A stretch of 64,000 nucleotides of DNA from Anaerolineales bacterium (GCA_035720235.1 DASTOH010000130.1:18660-82659); one strand, 5' to 3'; shown: positions 27,949-37,170, counted from the first letter of the stretch. Made by a program: numbers and translations. The notes: generated by a model not told the origin, from the sequence alone.

Positions 27949-29274
27949 CTACTGCGCCGCGTCCACCATTTCGTTCGCCGCTTCATGGATGCTGTTCGCA
28001 GCTTCTTCGGCAGTCTGGTTGCCTTGAATGGCGTCAAGAATGGTCGGGTAGACGATCTCATACGCCAGTTGGTCGGGGTCGGTCAGGTTGCCCTGGTATG
28101 CACCGGCGTCGAGGATCGGCAACACCGCGGCTGCAAACGGGACGGCTTCCACGTACTTCGGGTCTTCCGCCACGGCTTTCATCGCGGGAATGGTCGTTGA
28201 CACCGAGTTAAACTGTAAGACATTGGCCTGGTCCGCACCGAGGAAGGCAGCCAGTTTCCAGGCAATATCAGGATGCTGCGTGCTCTTGCCCACGACGTAA
28301 CCCCATCCACCCACGGAAACGAACTTGTGTTCTGGGCCCATCATCGGAGGCAAGGATACGTAATCAAATACCAGGTCAGGATACGCGATCTTGGCGTCGC
28401 CCACATACCACGAGCCAAGCACACCGATCGCGTTGTGACCTTGTGCAAACGAATCGCCAACCCATTCACTGTCCTGATTGAAGATGATGGGGTCAACAAT
28501 TCCATCCTTCTGCGCCATGTCCATCAATTTCTGGATGGTCGCAATCGCTTCGGGTGAGTTGAAATTGAAGTGTTTGCCGTCTTCCGCGAAGTAATTGCCG
28601 CCCTGTTCCAGAATACCTGCCAGGAAGTAGGTGAACAACTGATCGCTGTTGGTGTAGTGCATGCCTGCCACGGTCATCACACCATCGGATCCCACCTGTG
28701 TCAGCTTCTTGGCATCGGCAACCACCTCATCCCACGCTTTCCACTGCGGCGGATACGCCACCCCGGCCGCCTCAAACAGGGCTGGGTTCACATAAGCGCC
28801 GCCATATTCCAGGTTGTATTCCGCGGGAAAGCCATACAATTTGCCATCGCAGGTTTGTCCGCCCAGGGGCGCCGGGAAGAAAACTTCCTGAGCTTGTTCC
28901 AATGTCATCACATCTGCAGGTACTTCCAATAATTGGCCGCCTGCAGCGTAGCGGCAGGTATAACCACCAGGGATCAAAATCACATCTGCCGTATTGCCAG
29001 CGGGGAGCGAAGTCTGGATGGTCTGAATGAACACATCCCACGGGAAGGTCTCATACTTGATAGTCACATTCGGGTTCTGCGCCATGAACTCAGCGAATTT
29101 CGCCTGGTTGGCCTCATTGAAGGCCGGCGCCTGATGGCCCCAGAACCGAATCTCAACGGGCTCATTCGACACTGGCGCTTCTGTCGCGGTAGGCGCGGCC
29201 GCGCCACCACAGGCAGTGAGCATCATCGAAGCAGTGACAAGCATACTCAGCATCAGCGATATTCTCTTAAACAT
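27949..29274 (-). CDS. sugar ABC transporter substrate-binding lipoprotein
   Basis: lipobox MMLTAC; SBP_bac_1-type sequence (NPNVTIKYETFPWD, DGKLYGFP, GGWGYVV); SD GGAGAG upstream. Confidence 0.92.
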   Translation of the reverse strand: MFKRISLMLSMLVTASMMLTACGGAAAPTATEAPVSNEPVEIRFWGHQAPAFNEANQAKFAEFMAQNPNVTIKYETFPWDVFIQTIQTSLPAGNTADVILIPGGYTCRYAAGGQLLEVPADVMTLEQAQEVFFPAPLGGQTCDGKLYGFPAEYNLEYGGAYVNPALFEAAGVAYPPQWKAWDEVVADAKKLTQVGSDGVMTVAGMHYTNSDQLFTYFLAGILEQGGNYFAEDGKHFNFNSPEAIATIQKLMDMAQKDGIVDPIIFNQDSEWVGDSFAQGHNAIGVLGSWYVGDAKIAYPDLVFDYVSLPPMMGPEHKFVSVGGWGYVVGKSTQHPDIAWKLAAFLGADQANVLQFNSVSTTIPAMKAVAEDPKYVEAVPFAAAVLPILDAGAYQGNLTDPDQLAYEIVYPTILDAIQGNQTAEEAANSIHEAANEMVDAAQ

Positions 29275-29340
29275 GTTTCTCTCCTTTTGAACTTTGTTTG
29301 AACGACAGAAAAGCAGGCAATTTTCTTCTTAGGCACCTCC

Positions 29341-30402
29341 TCACAAATCCAGCTTGACTACAGCCGTGAGATTCTTCGGTCGATCGGGATTCAATCCCTT
29401 CGCCACTGAACGATAAAAAGCCATCAATTGCAAAATCGGAAGATTCAGGACTCCACGTACGTGCTCTGGAATTCCCGACTCAAAGCAAACAGCCGCCTCA
29501 GACTCACCCAGACCTGCCACCCTTCCTCCGAGCGCTTCCATCTCTGACAACACCTTCGCTTCGTGGACCCGATTGGCGTCCGATAACAATCCCACCACGA
29601 CAGCCTTTTGATTCACCATGCTCATCGGCCCGTGACGGAACTCCAAAAAATGGAAGGGCTCGCTGTGTGTAAGAGTCATCTCCTTCATTTTAAGATTCGC
29701 CTCACAGGCCAGACCGTAACGGATCCCTGAGCCGAGAAAATAAAACCTGTCGAAATCCAAATTCTCCCCCATAGGCTTCGCCCACATCTCATAATTACCA
29801 ATGACTGAATTACCAACCTCTGGCAGCCTTCTCATCGCCTCCACCAAATCCGCCCGCCCCGCCATCGTGGCGCAAAACGCCGTCACCGCTACGTACATCG
29901 AGGCAAATGAACGCGTCTGCGCGACGGATTCCTCTTGTCCCTTTGAGATCACGATACTTATATCAGCCAGCCGTGAAAGCACTTCATCGTAGTTGCTGAT
30001 GACTACTGCGTTCCCGCGATGCTCCTGCTTGAATTTCTCAACTGCCCTGACAGTTTCCGTCGTCGTCCCTGAACGGCTGAGGGCAACAAGCAGGTAGGTC
30101 GGATTGGCCCTTTCAGGATGCTTCGCGACAATCCGACCTACGCTGGCCTGCGGATTCAGTAACAACTCCCCCGCAGGCACTGCTTGCGCGGCACAACCTG
30201 TCAACTCCTGGTACAGCGCGGCCGCCGCGAGGGAGAGGTAGTAGGTCGAGCCGCAACCGGTGAAAATGACCTGGCTGTAATCGCCAGCTTTTGGGAGCGC
30301 GAAGCGTGATGCGGAGATCATATCCAAAGCTTGTGCCCAGGCCTCAGGCTGCGATTTGATCTCGCGATAGGTGGCATAATTCTGCAAGTTGGTCATGTTC
30401 AT
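29341..30402 (-). CDS. agaS: SIS-domain sugar-phosphate deaminase/isomerase (AgaS/GlmS-like)
   Basis: TYREIKSQP, FTGCGSTYY, LSRSGTTTET, EESVAQTRSF, EANLKMKE, EFRHGP, GLNPDRPKNLTAVV. Confidence 0.8.
   Translation of the reverse strand: MNMTNLQNYATYREIKSQPEAWAQALDMISASRFALPKAGDYSQVIFTGCGSTYYLSLAAAALYQELTGCAAQAVPAGELLLNPQASVGRIVAKHPERANPTYLLVALSRSGTTTETVRAVEKFKQEHRGNAVVISNYDEVLSRLADISIVISKGQEESVAQTRSFASMYVAVTAFCATMAGRADLVEAMRRLPEVGNSVIGNYEMWAKPMGENLDFDRFYFLGSGIRYGLACEANLKMKEMTLTHSEPFHFLEFRHGPMSMVNQKAVVVGLLSDANRVHEAKVLSEMEALGGRVAGLGESEAAVCFESGIPEHVRGVLNLPILQLMAFYRSVAKGLNPDRPKNLTAVVKLDL
30094..30141. repeat. 48-bp in-frame GTAG-tagged palindrome with inner element
   Basis: perfect 13-bp IR GTAGGTCGGATTG/CAATCCGACCTAC; loop gccctttcaggatgcttcgcga; encodes VGRIVAKHPERANPTY. 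Confidence 0.85.
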
Positions 30403-31607
30403 CCTTTGAGCACTGCCGATAATTTCTTGTCATAATCGACCAGCATCTGCATGGCAATATCGGAAGGCGAGGCTGTTGGCTGCCTCAGGACCGTAGTGCC
30501 AATGTCCAGAAGCATCTCATCGAGAAAGGCCTCGATACGGCGCCACAACTGCAATGGCGGGTGTGGACGACCCGTTGTCAGGATGGTCTGAAGGACAGCG
30601 CTGGTTGTATCCAGCGGAAAGGTCAGTTCATCATACGCGTCGGCACGAGCGGGCAATACATTCTCCAGCTTGAACAGCTCGATTTGAGTTTCCCTTCTGC
30701 TCAAATACGTCACCAGATCCAAAGCCGATCTCTCATGCGCAGCATCTGCCAAAACGTTTTTCCAAATAACCAGGTGATCTCCGCCGATCCAGGGCACAGC
30801 CGGCAAAGTCGTAACCGCCACGTTTTCGCGCATTTCCTGCGAAGCATATGGACTCTCCATCAGTTCGTTTCCAATTTCCGCCCCACCGATCAACACAGCC
30901 GCGTCGCCGCGCGCAAAGGCATTCGTACAAGCCTCCACGTTCATTCCACGCAGAGCCGGCGGAATAAATGGGAACAACTCGAAGAAATTCATCAAGCCTG
31001 TGCTGGCTTCGGGCCTGGCAAATAAGGGTTCGCGTCCGTTCTGGCTCATGAAGTCGCCGCCGTTCGCGCGCGCCCACGAAGAAGCGATGTGAACCAGGTC
31101 AGCATAAGGATGCAGGCTGGGGAATACCCATGGCGCGATTCCGTTCCTGCTTAAAGTAACAAACGTGTCGCGCATTGCCGCGGGCGTGGCAAAAGCCGCA
31201 CCGGGATCAATATCCACCCGTTCTAAAAAATCGCGGCGGTAGTATAGAACGAACGTATAAATGGACCACGGAATCGCCCACACTTCCGGGCGATTCGCAA
31301 ATTTCACAGACTCCCAGGCGGAGGGTAGAAAACGAGTCGCTCCACCGATGGCAAAGAGATCTTCCTTATTGAAAACACGCAAGGCCTCCAGCATCGCCAT
31401 AGTTGCAACCCACGTCGAACCGATCTGCGAGACATGCGGGCCCTTGCCTTCTACGGCTTCCATCAACAAGGTTTGCCAGGCCCGTTCCCAACTCACACGG
31501 CGCAAAAAAATCTGAATCTGTTTCTCTCGCTCGAAGGCGGCCAGCAACGTCCGCAGGGGCTGTAGGTCTTCCGGTATATCCGCAATCGTAAGAAAATTCA
31601 ATTCCAT
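30399..31607 (-). CDS. solute-binding-fold protein lacking a signal peptide
   Basis: PHVSQIGSTW, WAIPW, LYYRRD, IGGDHLVIW are SBP_bac_1-like; no hydrophobic N-terminus or lipobox. Confidence 0.8.
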   Translation of the reverse strand: MELNFLTIADIPEDLQPLRTLLAAFEREKQIQIFLRRVSWERAWQTLLMEAVEGKGPHVSQIGSTWVATMAMLEALRVFNKEDLFAIGGATRFLPSAWESVKFANRPEVWAIPWSIYTFVLYYRRDFLERVDIDPGAAFATPAAMRDTFVTLSRNGIAPWVFPSLHPYADLVHIASSWARANGGDFMSQNGREPLFARPEASTGLMNFFELFPFIPPALRGMNVEACTNAFARGDAAVLIGGAEIGNELMESPYASQEMRENVAVTTLPAVPWIGGDHLVIWKNVLADAAHERSALDLVTYLSRRETQIELFKLENVLPARADAYDELTFPLDTTSAVLQTILTTGRPHPPLQLWRRIEAFLDEMLLDIGTTVLRQPTASPSDIAMQMLVDYDKKLSAVLKG

Positions 31608-31613
31608 ATACCC

Positions 31614-32645
31614 TCATAGTCCCAGAACTTTTTTGGCATTTTCGCCATACACTTTTTTCAACACCTCGTCGGGCAAATACAGACCGTACGCATACCAGCG
31701 GCCCTGTCCTGGAACCTCACCAGTGTTGTAATTGAAGTATTCATCATCGGTTTCGAGCAGGCGATAACACAAACGATAGGCATCCAGATCAGGACTCATG
31801 TCCGAGCCAAACAAAATACGATCCTGGTATTGGATAAAAAATTTCCGCGCGGTATAGGGCTGTCGGCCCAGTTCGCCCAGTCGCGCCGAAATGTCGATGT
31901 AATAGTTTGGGCAATCGTCCAGCATCTGCCCCACCCAACCAAGGTTCTCTCCATAACACCCGACGTGCGCGCCGATGAATGTGGTGTTACGATGACGGGA
32001 GATGAGGTTCTTGAACGCATTCATGATCTCCATGAAAGGCGGGAAAGGCGGACTCGTGAACGCCCAATCGGGATGTTCACCAATTTCCTCCCAGCGTTCA
32101 TTCGTTTCATCGATCGGGTCGAAAAATGCAACGGGATCGGCAACGTGGATCAAAACGGGCAAGCCCAGTTCACCCGCGGTCTCCCAAATGGGACTCAGGC
32201 GTGCGTCATCCACCTTAACCAACGCCCCTTCGTGATCCCTAACGTGCAGCCCAAATGGCTTCCAGATCTTGAGTCCCTGCGCGCCCGCCTCCTTCTGGAT
32301 TTTTAACCTGTCTGCCGCCCAATCCGCGAATCCGTCACCCAGGCTTCCCCACTTGGACCAATCCACTCCGCCAAAGATTTGGAATCGCTCCGGCGCACCT
32401 TCCTTAAAATGCTTCAGATGCGCGTAAAGGATGTCCTCTCCCCATCCGCCATCCAGGTCTACGTACTGAGTGACGCCTGCTTCGTCGAGCAGGTCCAGCA
32501 ACTGGCCCAGTGGTTTCTGATCCCACCCGCCGCCAAACGGATCCCCAAGATGATTGTGCGCGTCGATGACCGGAAACTTCGGCTTGTTCACCAATGTTAT
32601 TTTGGTCACCAGTTGTGATTTGGGTTTGAAATCGACTAGTCTCAT
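31614..32645 (-). CDS. amidohydrolase-2 family metallohydrolase
   Basis: IDAHNH, GLKIWK, LIHVAD, IGAH, ILFGSD, VLKKVYGENA. Confidence 0.9.
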   Translation of the reverse strand: MRLVDFKPKSQLVTKITLVNKPKFPVIDAHNHLGDPFGGGWDQKPLGQLLDLLDEAGVTQYVDLDGGWGEDILYAHLKHFKEGAPERFQIFGGVDWSKWGSLGDGFADWAADRLKIQKEAGAQGLKIWKPFGLHVRDHEGALVKVDDARLSPIWETAGELGLPVLIHVADPVAFFDPIDETNERWEEIGEHPDWAFTSPPFPPFMEIMNAFKNLISRHRNTTFIGAHVGCYGENLGWVGQMLDDCPNYYIDISARLGELGRQPYTARKFFIQYQDRILFGSDMSPDLDAYRLCYRLLETDDEYFNYNTGEVPGQGRWYAYGLYLPDEVLKKVYGENAKKVLGL

Positions 32646-32647
32646 GG

Positions 32648-32750
32648 TCTTGTAGTTTGTTGGTCAGATAGTCTTGTAGTTGATCCGTTGCTCACCCGAT
32701 CATCGGCTAAGTAACAGGACAACTATCAGACTATGCAACTAAGCGACTAA
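32648..32750. repeat. inverted octamer array overlapping the DeoR stop codon
   Basis: gtcttgta-gtttgttg-gtcagata-gtcttgta ... caactatc-agactatg-caactaag-cgactaa. Confidence 0.7.
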
Positions 32751-33512
32751 CACACGAATTCCTTTTTTCTTCAACACCTGAAGGAGTTTCTTATCAGCCT
32801 GGGAATCTGTTACAAGGGTATGCATGACATCCAGTGGCGCAAGCAATACGGTGGCCACACGATTCACCTTCGTATGATCGGCCACAAGGATGACTTCGCG
32901 CCCGATTTTCAAGATAGCGCGGTCGGTCAGGGTCTCTTGCAAGTAATCGTTGGTCAAGCCATGCTCCAGGCTCAAGCCGCGCGTTCCCATAATGACCTTG
33001 TCCGCGCGGATTTCGTTCAATGCCTGCTCAGTGATGTGACCGATGAAGGACATTTCACTCTCGCGCAACATCCCACCCAGAGAAATGACCGTGATGCCGT
33101 TAATCCCTGCCAGCATATTCAGCACCGGCAGTGAATTCGTGATCACGGTCAGGTTCCTGCGGTCTCGCAGATTGCGTGCCACTGCGAGCACGGTTGTACC
33201 TGACCCGAGGAAAACTGTCTCCTTATCGCCGATCAAATTCGCGGCTGCGAGGCCGATACGGGCTTTCTCTTCCGGCTGTTCATTGTTTCGTTCCAGGATC
33301 GGCAACTCAGGTGGTGCCTGCTCAACAGCCATCACGCCCCCATGCACGCGCTGCACTTTCCCTTGCGCGGCCAGAGATTCCAGATCCCGGCGCGCGGTAG
33401 CTTCACTGATGGAAAACTGTTCCACAATCTCGGTCACGCTTAGGCGGCCCTGGCGAGTGAGCCGGGACAGGATTTGTCTTTGTCGTTCAGGTGTAGGGAT
33501 GAAATCGCTCAT
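32739..33512 (-). CDS. DeoR/GlpR-family transcriptional regulator
   Basis: ERQRQIL, SEATARRDL, RVHGG, FLGSGTT, VITNSL, LGG, VADHTK. Confidence 0.95.
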   Translation of the reverse strand: MSDFIPTPERQRQILSRLTRQGRLSVTEIVEQFSISEATARRDLESLAAQGKVQRVHGGVMAVEQAPPELPILERNNEQPEEKARIGLAAANLIGDKETVFLGSGTTVLAVARNLRDRRNLTVITNSLPVLNMLAGINGITVISLGGMLRESEMSFIGHITEQALNEIRADKVIMGTRGLSLEHGLTNDYLQETLTDRAILKIGREVILVADHTKVNRVATVLLAPLDVMHTLVTDSQADKKLLQVLKKKGIRVLVA

Positions 33513-33565
33513 ATTCGCTCAAAATCAATCATTTCCAATCATAGCATCTTTTGAAGATTTTTCAA
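33502..33565 (-). promoter_or_regulatory. promoter (-35 TTGAAA, 16 nt, TGC-TATGAT) overlapped by four 10-bp direct repeats (DeoR operator)
   Basis: minus strand TGATTGGAAA TGATTGATTT TGAGCGAATA TGAGCGATTT (33541-33502); -10 at 33543-33538, -35 at 33565-33560. Confidence 0.75.
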
Positions 33566-33586
33566 GAGGCAATTTGGAAAAAAACC

Positions 33587-33616
33587 TGTCATTGCGAGTC
33601 TTCGAGAAGCAATCTC
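33587..33616 (+). repeat. TGTC-tagged REP-like palindromic remnant
   Basis: TGTCATTGCGAG-tcttc-GAGAAGCAATCTC. Confidence 0.5.
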
Positions 33617-33668
33617 CAACTTTTCTCCCACCCCACAAATCCCATTTCAGTCGTAAAATCGGACCATC

Positions 33669-34448
33669 ATGAATCTTACGGATTGGGAAAAATTCTTTGC
33701 AGGTGATTACCCGGGTCCGGCGTTTGAACTGTTTGGCACCACACATCTGGCGGCGCTGGCATATCTTCTGCTGCTGAATCTATATCTGCTTCGCTTCAGA
33801 AACGCGGACGATAAGACCAGGCGGACAATTCGATGGAGGTTGGCGCTGATTTTGCTCATCAATGAAATCGCCTGGCACTATTGGAATTATACCGCCGGCC
33901 TGTGGACGATTCAAACCATGCTCCCATTGCAACTATGCAGTTTGATGGTCTGGTTTGGGGCGCTCATGTTGTTCACCAAAAGCTATCGGATTTATCAATT
34001 TGTGTATTTTCTGGGAATCGGCGCGGCGATTCAGGCATTGGCAACGCCTGACCTGGGCATCTACGGCTTTCCCCATTTTCGGTTCTTCCAAACTTTTCTT
34101 TCCCACGGACTCATCATCACCTCCGCCATTTACATGACCTTCGTGGAAGGTTTCCGCCCCACCTGGAGATCCATAATTCGCGTGGCGATTTGGACAAACA
34201 TTTATGTGATCGCCATCTATTTCCTCAATATAACCATTGGCAGCAACTACCTCAACCTGATCGCCAAGCCTGCCACACCCAGCCTGCTCGATTATCTCCC
34301 GGACTGGCCGATGTATATCCTGTATATGGAATTGCTTGGAATCATTACCGTGCTGCTGCTCTATCTCCCCTTTGCGGTCAGAGACTGGTATACGAAATTT
34401 ATCACCAGCCGGGACAGCATGTCACGATTGGATCGTATTTCAAAATAA
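33669..34448 (+). CDS. YwaF/TIGR02206-family integral membrane protein
   Basis: FELFGTTHL, LPLQLC, QALATPDL, FPHFRFFQTFLSHG, GSNYL, KP..SLLDYL..WP.Y. Confidence 0.88.
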   Translation: MNLTDWEKFFAGDYPGPAFELFGTTHLAALAYLLLLNLYLLRFRNADDKTRRTIRWRLALILLINEIAWHYWNYTAGLWTIQTMLPLQLCSLMVWFGALMLFTKSYRIYQFVYFLGIGAAIQALATPDLGIYGFPHFRFFQTFLSHGLIITSAIYMTFVEGFRPTWRSIIRVAIWTNIYVIAIYFLNITIGSNYLNLIAKPATPSLLDYLPDWPMYILYMELLGIITVLLLYLPFAVRDWYTKFITSRDSMSRLDRISK

Positions 34449-34467
34449 GGTAAAATACAAATCCATC

Positions 34468-34551
34468 GGGGCGATGGCGGAATCGGCAGACGCAACAGAC
34501 TTAAAATCTGTCGGTGGCAACACCGTGAGGGTTCGACCCCCTCTCGCCCCA
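34468..34551 (+). tRNA. tRNA-Leu (anticodon TAA)
   Basis: acceptor GGGGCGA/TCGCCCC; anticodon arm ACAGA-CTTAAAA-TCTGT; long variable arm; GGTTCGA T-loop; CCA not encoded; TAAAAT -10 just upstream. Confidence 0.96.
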
Positions 34552-34568
34552 CAGAACGCCGCAAACAG

Positions 34569-34601
34569 GCCCGTACCATACCGGTACGGGCTTCACGTTT
34601 C
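34569..34601 (+). terminator. hairpin after the tRNA, probable terminator
   Basis: GCCCGTACC-atacc-GGTACGGGC followed by ttcacgtttc (weak U tract). Confidence 0.5.
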
Positions 34602-35283
34602 CTGAACGCAACCGACTTTTCTTGAGGTGGCCTGTTATCTTCCTCTCCTGTCAGAGGCATTTCTCACACCCCCAAGTCGCACATTTGAAGTACTCCTACC
34701 TAGATCATTCGGGCGCATTGGTGGACATTAAAACCGCCGACCACCCTGTAAACTCACGGGTGGTCGTCACACAAAAAAGATTATTCATGTCAGTTACCGG
34801 CTTGAGGGGGGCAAGTCAGTAACCGACATTGGCTATTATAGTCAAATGGTTTATTTCCGGAAGATAGGGATTTCCCTACCAAAACCGAGTGTTTCTTAAC
34901 TCACCACAAAGGCTTGTACTTAAGGTCCTGCCAGGATCTTCTGCTTACCGCCGCGAGGTTACGTTGAAAGCAGATGCAGCTCGCAGGATGATTGGCGACA
35001 CTGCTACGATCCTGGCTTACCTGAAGGCTCTGATCGGTGCTCATTCGGCCGGCCAGTTTCCAGAAGGCCGCGCAAGCCAGACGCTCGTTTTCTGTTCATT
35101 GATCCCAGGCTTCTGGCCTCTTGATTACCCCCCGGTTCTTGACTTTGCAATTACCGTAGGCGTTTTCAGGATGTTGGCTTGACACTTTTTGTCCACTGGG
35201 GTAAATTTATCTTCAACATCTATGCATCTGCAGACTCCCAGTCGTACTTTGACTGGAAAACACTATTGTGCAGGAGGGTCGTC

Positions 35284-35655
35284 TTGTCCAAGTCACGTAC
35301 GCAACAAATGGTTGATCGTCTCCGCGAATTACAGGCTTCCTCTCCGGATATCGAGGCGTCTGCAGTTGTCAGTGTCGATGGTCTCAGCATTGCATCCGCT
35401 CTGCCGCAGGGTGTGGAAGAAGATCGTGTTTCGGCAATGTCCGCGGCTATGTTATCCCTGGGCGAACGAATTGCATCCGAATTGGGGCGAGGCACTTTGG
35501 AGCGGGTGTACATAAAAGGTGAAAAAGGATACGTGGTCTTGATCGCGGTGGGCGAAGAGGCCGTGCTCACCGCGCTGGCGCGTGAGCAAGCAAAACTAGG
35601 CTTGATCTTCCTGGACATACAGCGCGCGGCCGAAGATCTGGCGAAACTGATTTAA
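35284..35655 (+). CDS. roadblock/LC7 (MglB-like) protein
   Basis: SD AGGAGG then TTG at 35284; SAVVSVDGLSIASALP, RVSAMSAAMLSLGERI..ELGRG, LGLIFLD. Confidence 0.93.
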   Translation: MSKSRTQQMVDRLRELQASSPDIEASAVVSVDGLSIASALPQGVEEDRVSAMSAAMLSLGERIASELGRGTLERVYIKGEKGYVVLIAVGEEAVLTALAREQAKLGLIFLDIQRAAEDLAKLI

Positions 35656-35668
35656 CCGGAGCCAAGCA

Positions 35669-36304
35669 ATGAGCCCTGTTCAAAAAACTGGTTTATATTA
35701 TCCCAATAAGTTCGGACTTATCACGATCAAGGCGCTCGAAGAGGTGATGGGCAAAAACGGATTGAACGCCATCCTGAATCTGGCTGGCTTGACCCATTAC
35801 ATCGAAAATTATCCGGCTGATAACCTGGACAAGGGATTTGACTTCGCTGAGCTTTCTGCCATCGGTGTGGCTCTTGAGGAAATGTATGGTCCGCGAGGTG
35901 GGCGCGGCCTGGCGCTGCGTGCCGGACGAGCAACTTTTTCAGATGCCTTGAAGAATTTCGGCGCCCTGGCGGGTGCTGCCGATTTGGCCTTCGTCGTGCT
36001 GCCGCTTCAATCCAAGCTGAGGATTGGTTTGCCGGCGTTTGCCAAGATCTTTTCCCAGCTCAGTGACCAATACAGCACCGTCGAAGAAAAAGATACCGAG
36101 TTCATTTGGACAATCCATAAGTGCCCGGTCTGTTGGGGACGCACCAACGCGGACAAGCCGGTTTGTTACGTTGCGACAGGCATCTTGCAGGAGGCGCTCA
36201 AGTGGGTTTCGGGCGGCAATGAGTTCCGCGTCAACGAATCGAAATGTGTCGCAGTGGGTGATGCAGTCTGCGAGTTTGTCATTCAGAAAGAACCCATCTC
36301 GTAA
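35669..36304 (+). CDS. V4R (4-vinyl reductase/TRAPP-like fold) domain protein
   Basis: ALEEVMGKNGLNAILN, CPVCWGR, VCYVATGIL, ESKCVAVGDAVCEF cysteine cluster. Confidence 0.9.
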   Translation: MSPVQKTGLYYPNKFGLITIKALEEVMGKNGLNAILNLAGLTHYIENYPADNLDKGFDFAELSAIGVALEEMYGPRGGRGLALRAGRATFSDALKNFGALAGAADLAFVVLPLQSKLRIGLPAFAKIFSQLSDQYSTVEEKDTEFIWTIHKCPVCWGRTNADKPVCYVATGILQEALKWVSGGNEFRVNESKCVAVGDAVCEFVIQKEPIS

Positions 36305-36315
36305 GCGGGGCGGAC

Positions 36316-37170
36316 GTGGCCGAAGCCAAACCCAAAATTCTGATCGTTGAAGACGATCTCGACGTGGCTGAAATGCTGAATGCCTATTTTCGCGTTCAAG
36401 GCTATGAGGTATTCACCGTCAACTGGGGTGAAGATGGGGTCCGTGCCGGTCAAACCATATTTCCCGACTTGATCATTCTGGATATCCGTCTGCCTGATAT
36501 TGACGGATTCGAGGTAGCGCGACGATTGCGCGCGGACCGGCATACGCGCGAAATTCCGATCATCTTCCTGACCGAAAAACGTGAGCGCGTGGATCGCCTG
36601 CAGGGCTTTGAAGTGGGTGCAGATGACTATATCACGAAGCCTTTTGACGTGCAGGAGCTTCGACTGAGGGTGAGAAATGCGCTGAAGCGTGTAAGCCAGG
36701 GATCCCTGACCAATCCGGTCAGCGGCCTGCCCGAAGGCGCCCTGGTGGAAGAGCGGCTCTCAGATGTCATTCACAAGAGTGGCTGGGCATTACTACATAT
36801 CTCCATCAGCCATCTGGATGCATTCCGTGAGGCCTATGGGTTCGTAGCGTCAGATGATGTGCTGCGTGCCATCAGCCTTATGATCCACAACACGATGAAA
36901 GAGGCGGGCTCGCCGGATGACTTTCTGGGTCATCTCAGCCCCACCGATTTCGTGATCGTTTTGGCCCCGACAGATTTGCCGCCGTTCCAAGACCGCATCC
37001 GCTCGCGGCTGGAGCAGTCGCTGGATTATTTTTATCCCATCAAGGATCGTGAGCAGGCCTCCAAGAGTCCAAACCGGCTGTCGGTTCGAATTCTCGAAGT
37101 CCCTTCCGTGTTTGGTCGTTATTCCAGTGTCGATCAGCTGAAGAAGGACCTGCTTAGTAAACGCTCGTGA
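36316..37170 (+). CDS. response regulator with degenerate GGDEF-like output domain
   Basis: REC: IVEDD, LIILDIRLP, FLT, GADDYITKPF; output TNPVSGLP...FREAYGFVASDDVL...LGHLSPTDFVI (no GG[D/E]EF). Confidence 0.88.
   Translation: MAEAKPKILIVEDDLDVAEMLNAYFRVQGYEVFTVNWGEDGVRAGQTIFPDLIILDIRLPDIDGFEVARRLRADRHTREIPIIFLTEKRERVDRLQGFEVGADDYITKPFDVQELRLRVRNALKRVSQGSLTNPVSGLPEGALVEERLSDVIHKSGWALLHISISHLDAFREAYGFVASDDVLRAISLMIHNTMKEAGSPDDFLGHLSPTDFVIVLAPTDLPPFQDRIRSRLEQSLDYFYPIKDREQASKSPNRLSVRILEVPSVFGRYSSVDQLKKDLLSKRS

Noticed and set aside
14421-33512. Sulfoquinovose (sulfo-EMP) pathway, suggested by DeoR + PfkB + YihT/LacD-like aldolase
   Set aside because: No GH31 sulfoquinovosidase, YihS-like isomerase or sulfolactaldehyde reductase; GH114, AgaS-like and GatZ genes point to galactosamine/tagatose
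34889-35182. 97-aa ORF upstream of roadblock
   Set aside because: GTG start without SD, no recognisable motif; probably spurious
34468-35283. Integrative element at tRNA-Leu
   Set aside because: No integrase and no duplicated tRNA 3' end seen in the window
36316-37170. Active diguanylate cyclase
   Set aside because: Signature motif replaced by HLSPTDF
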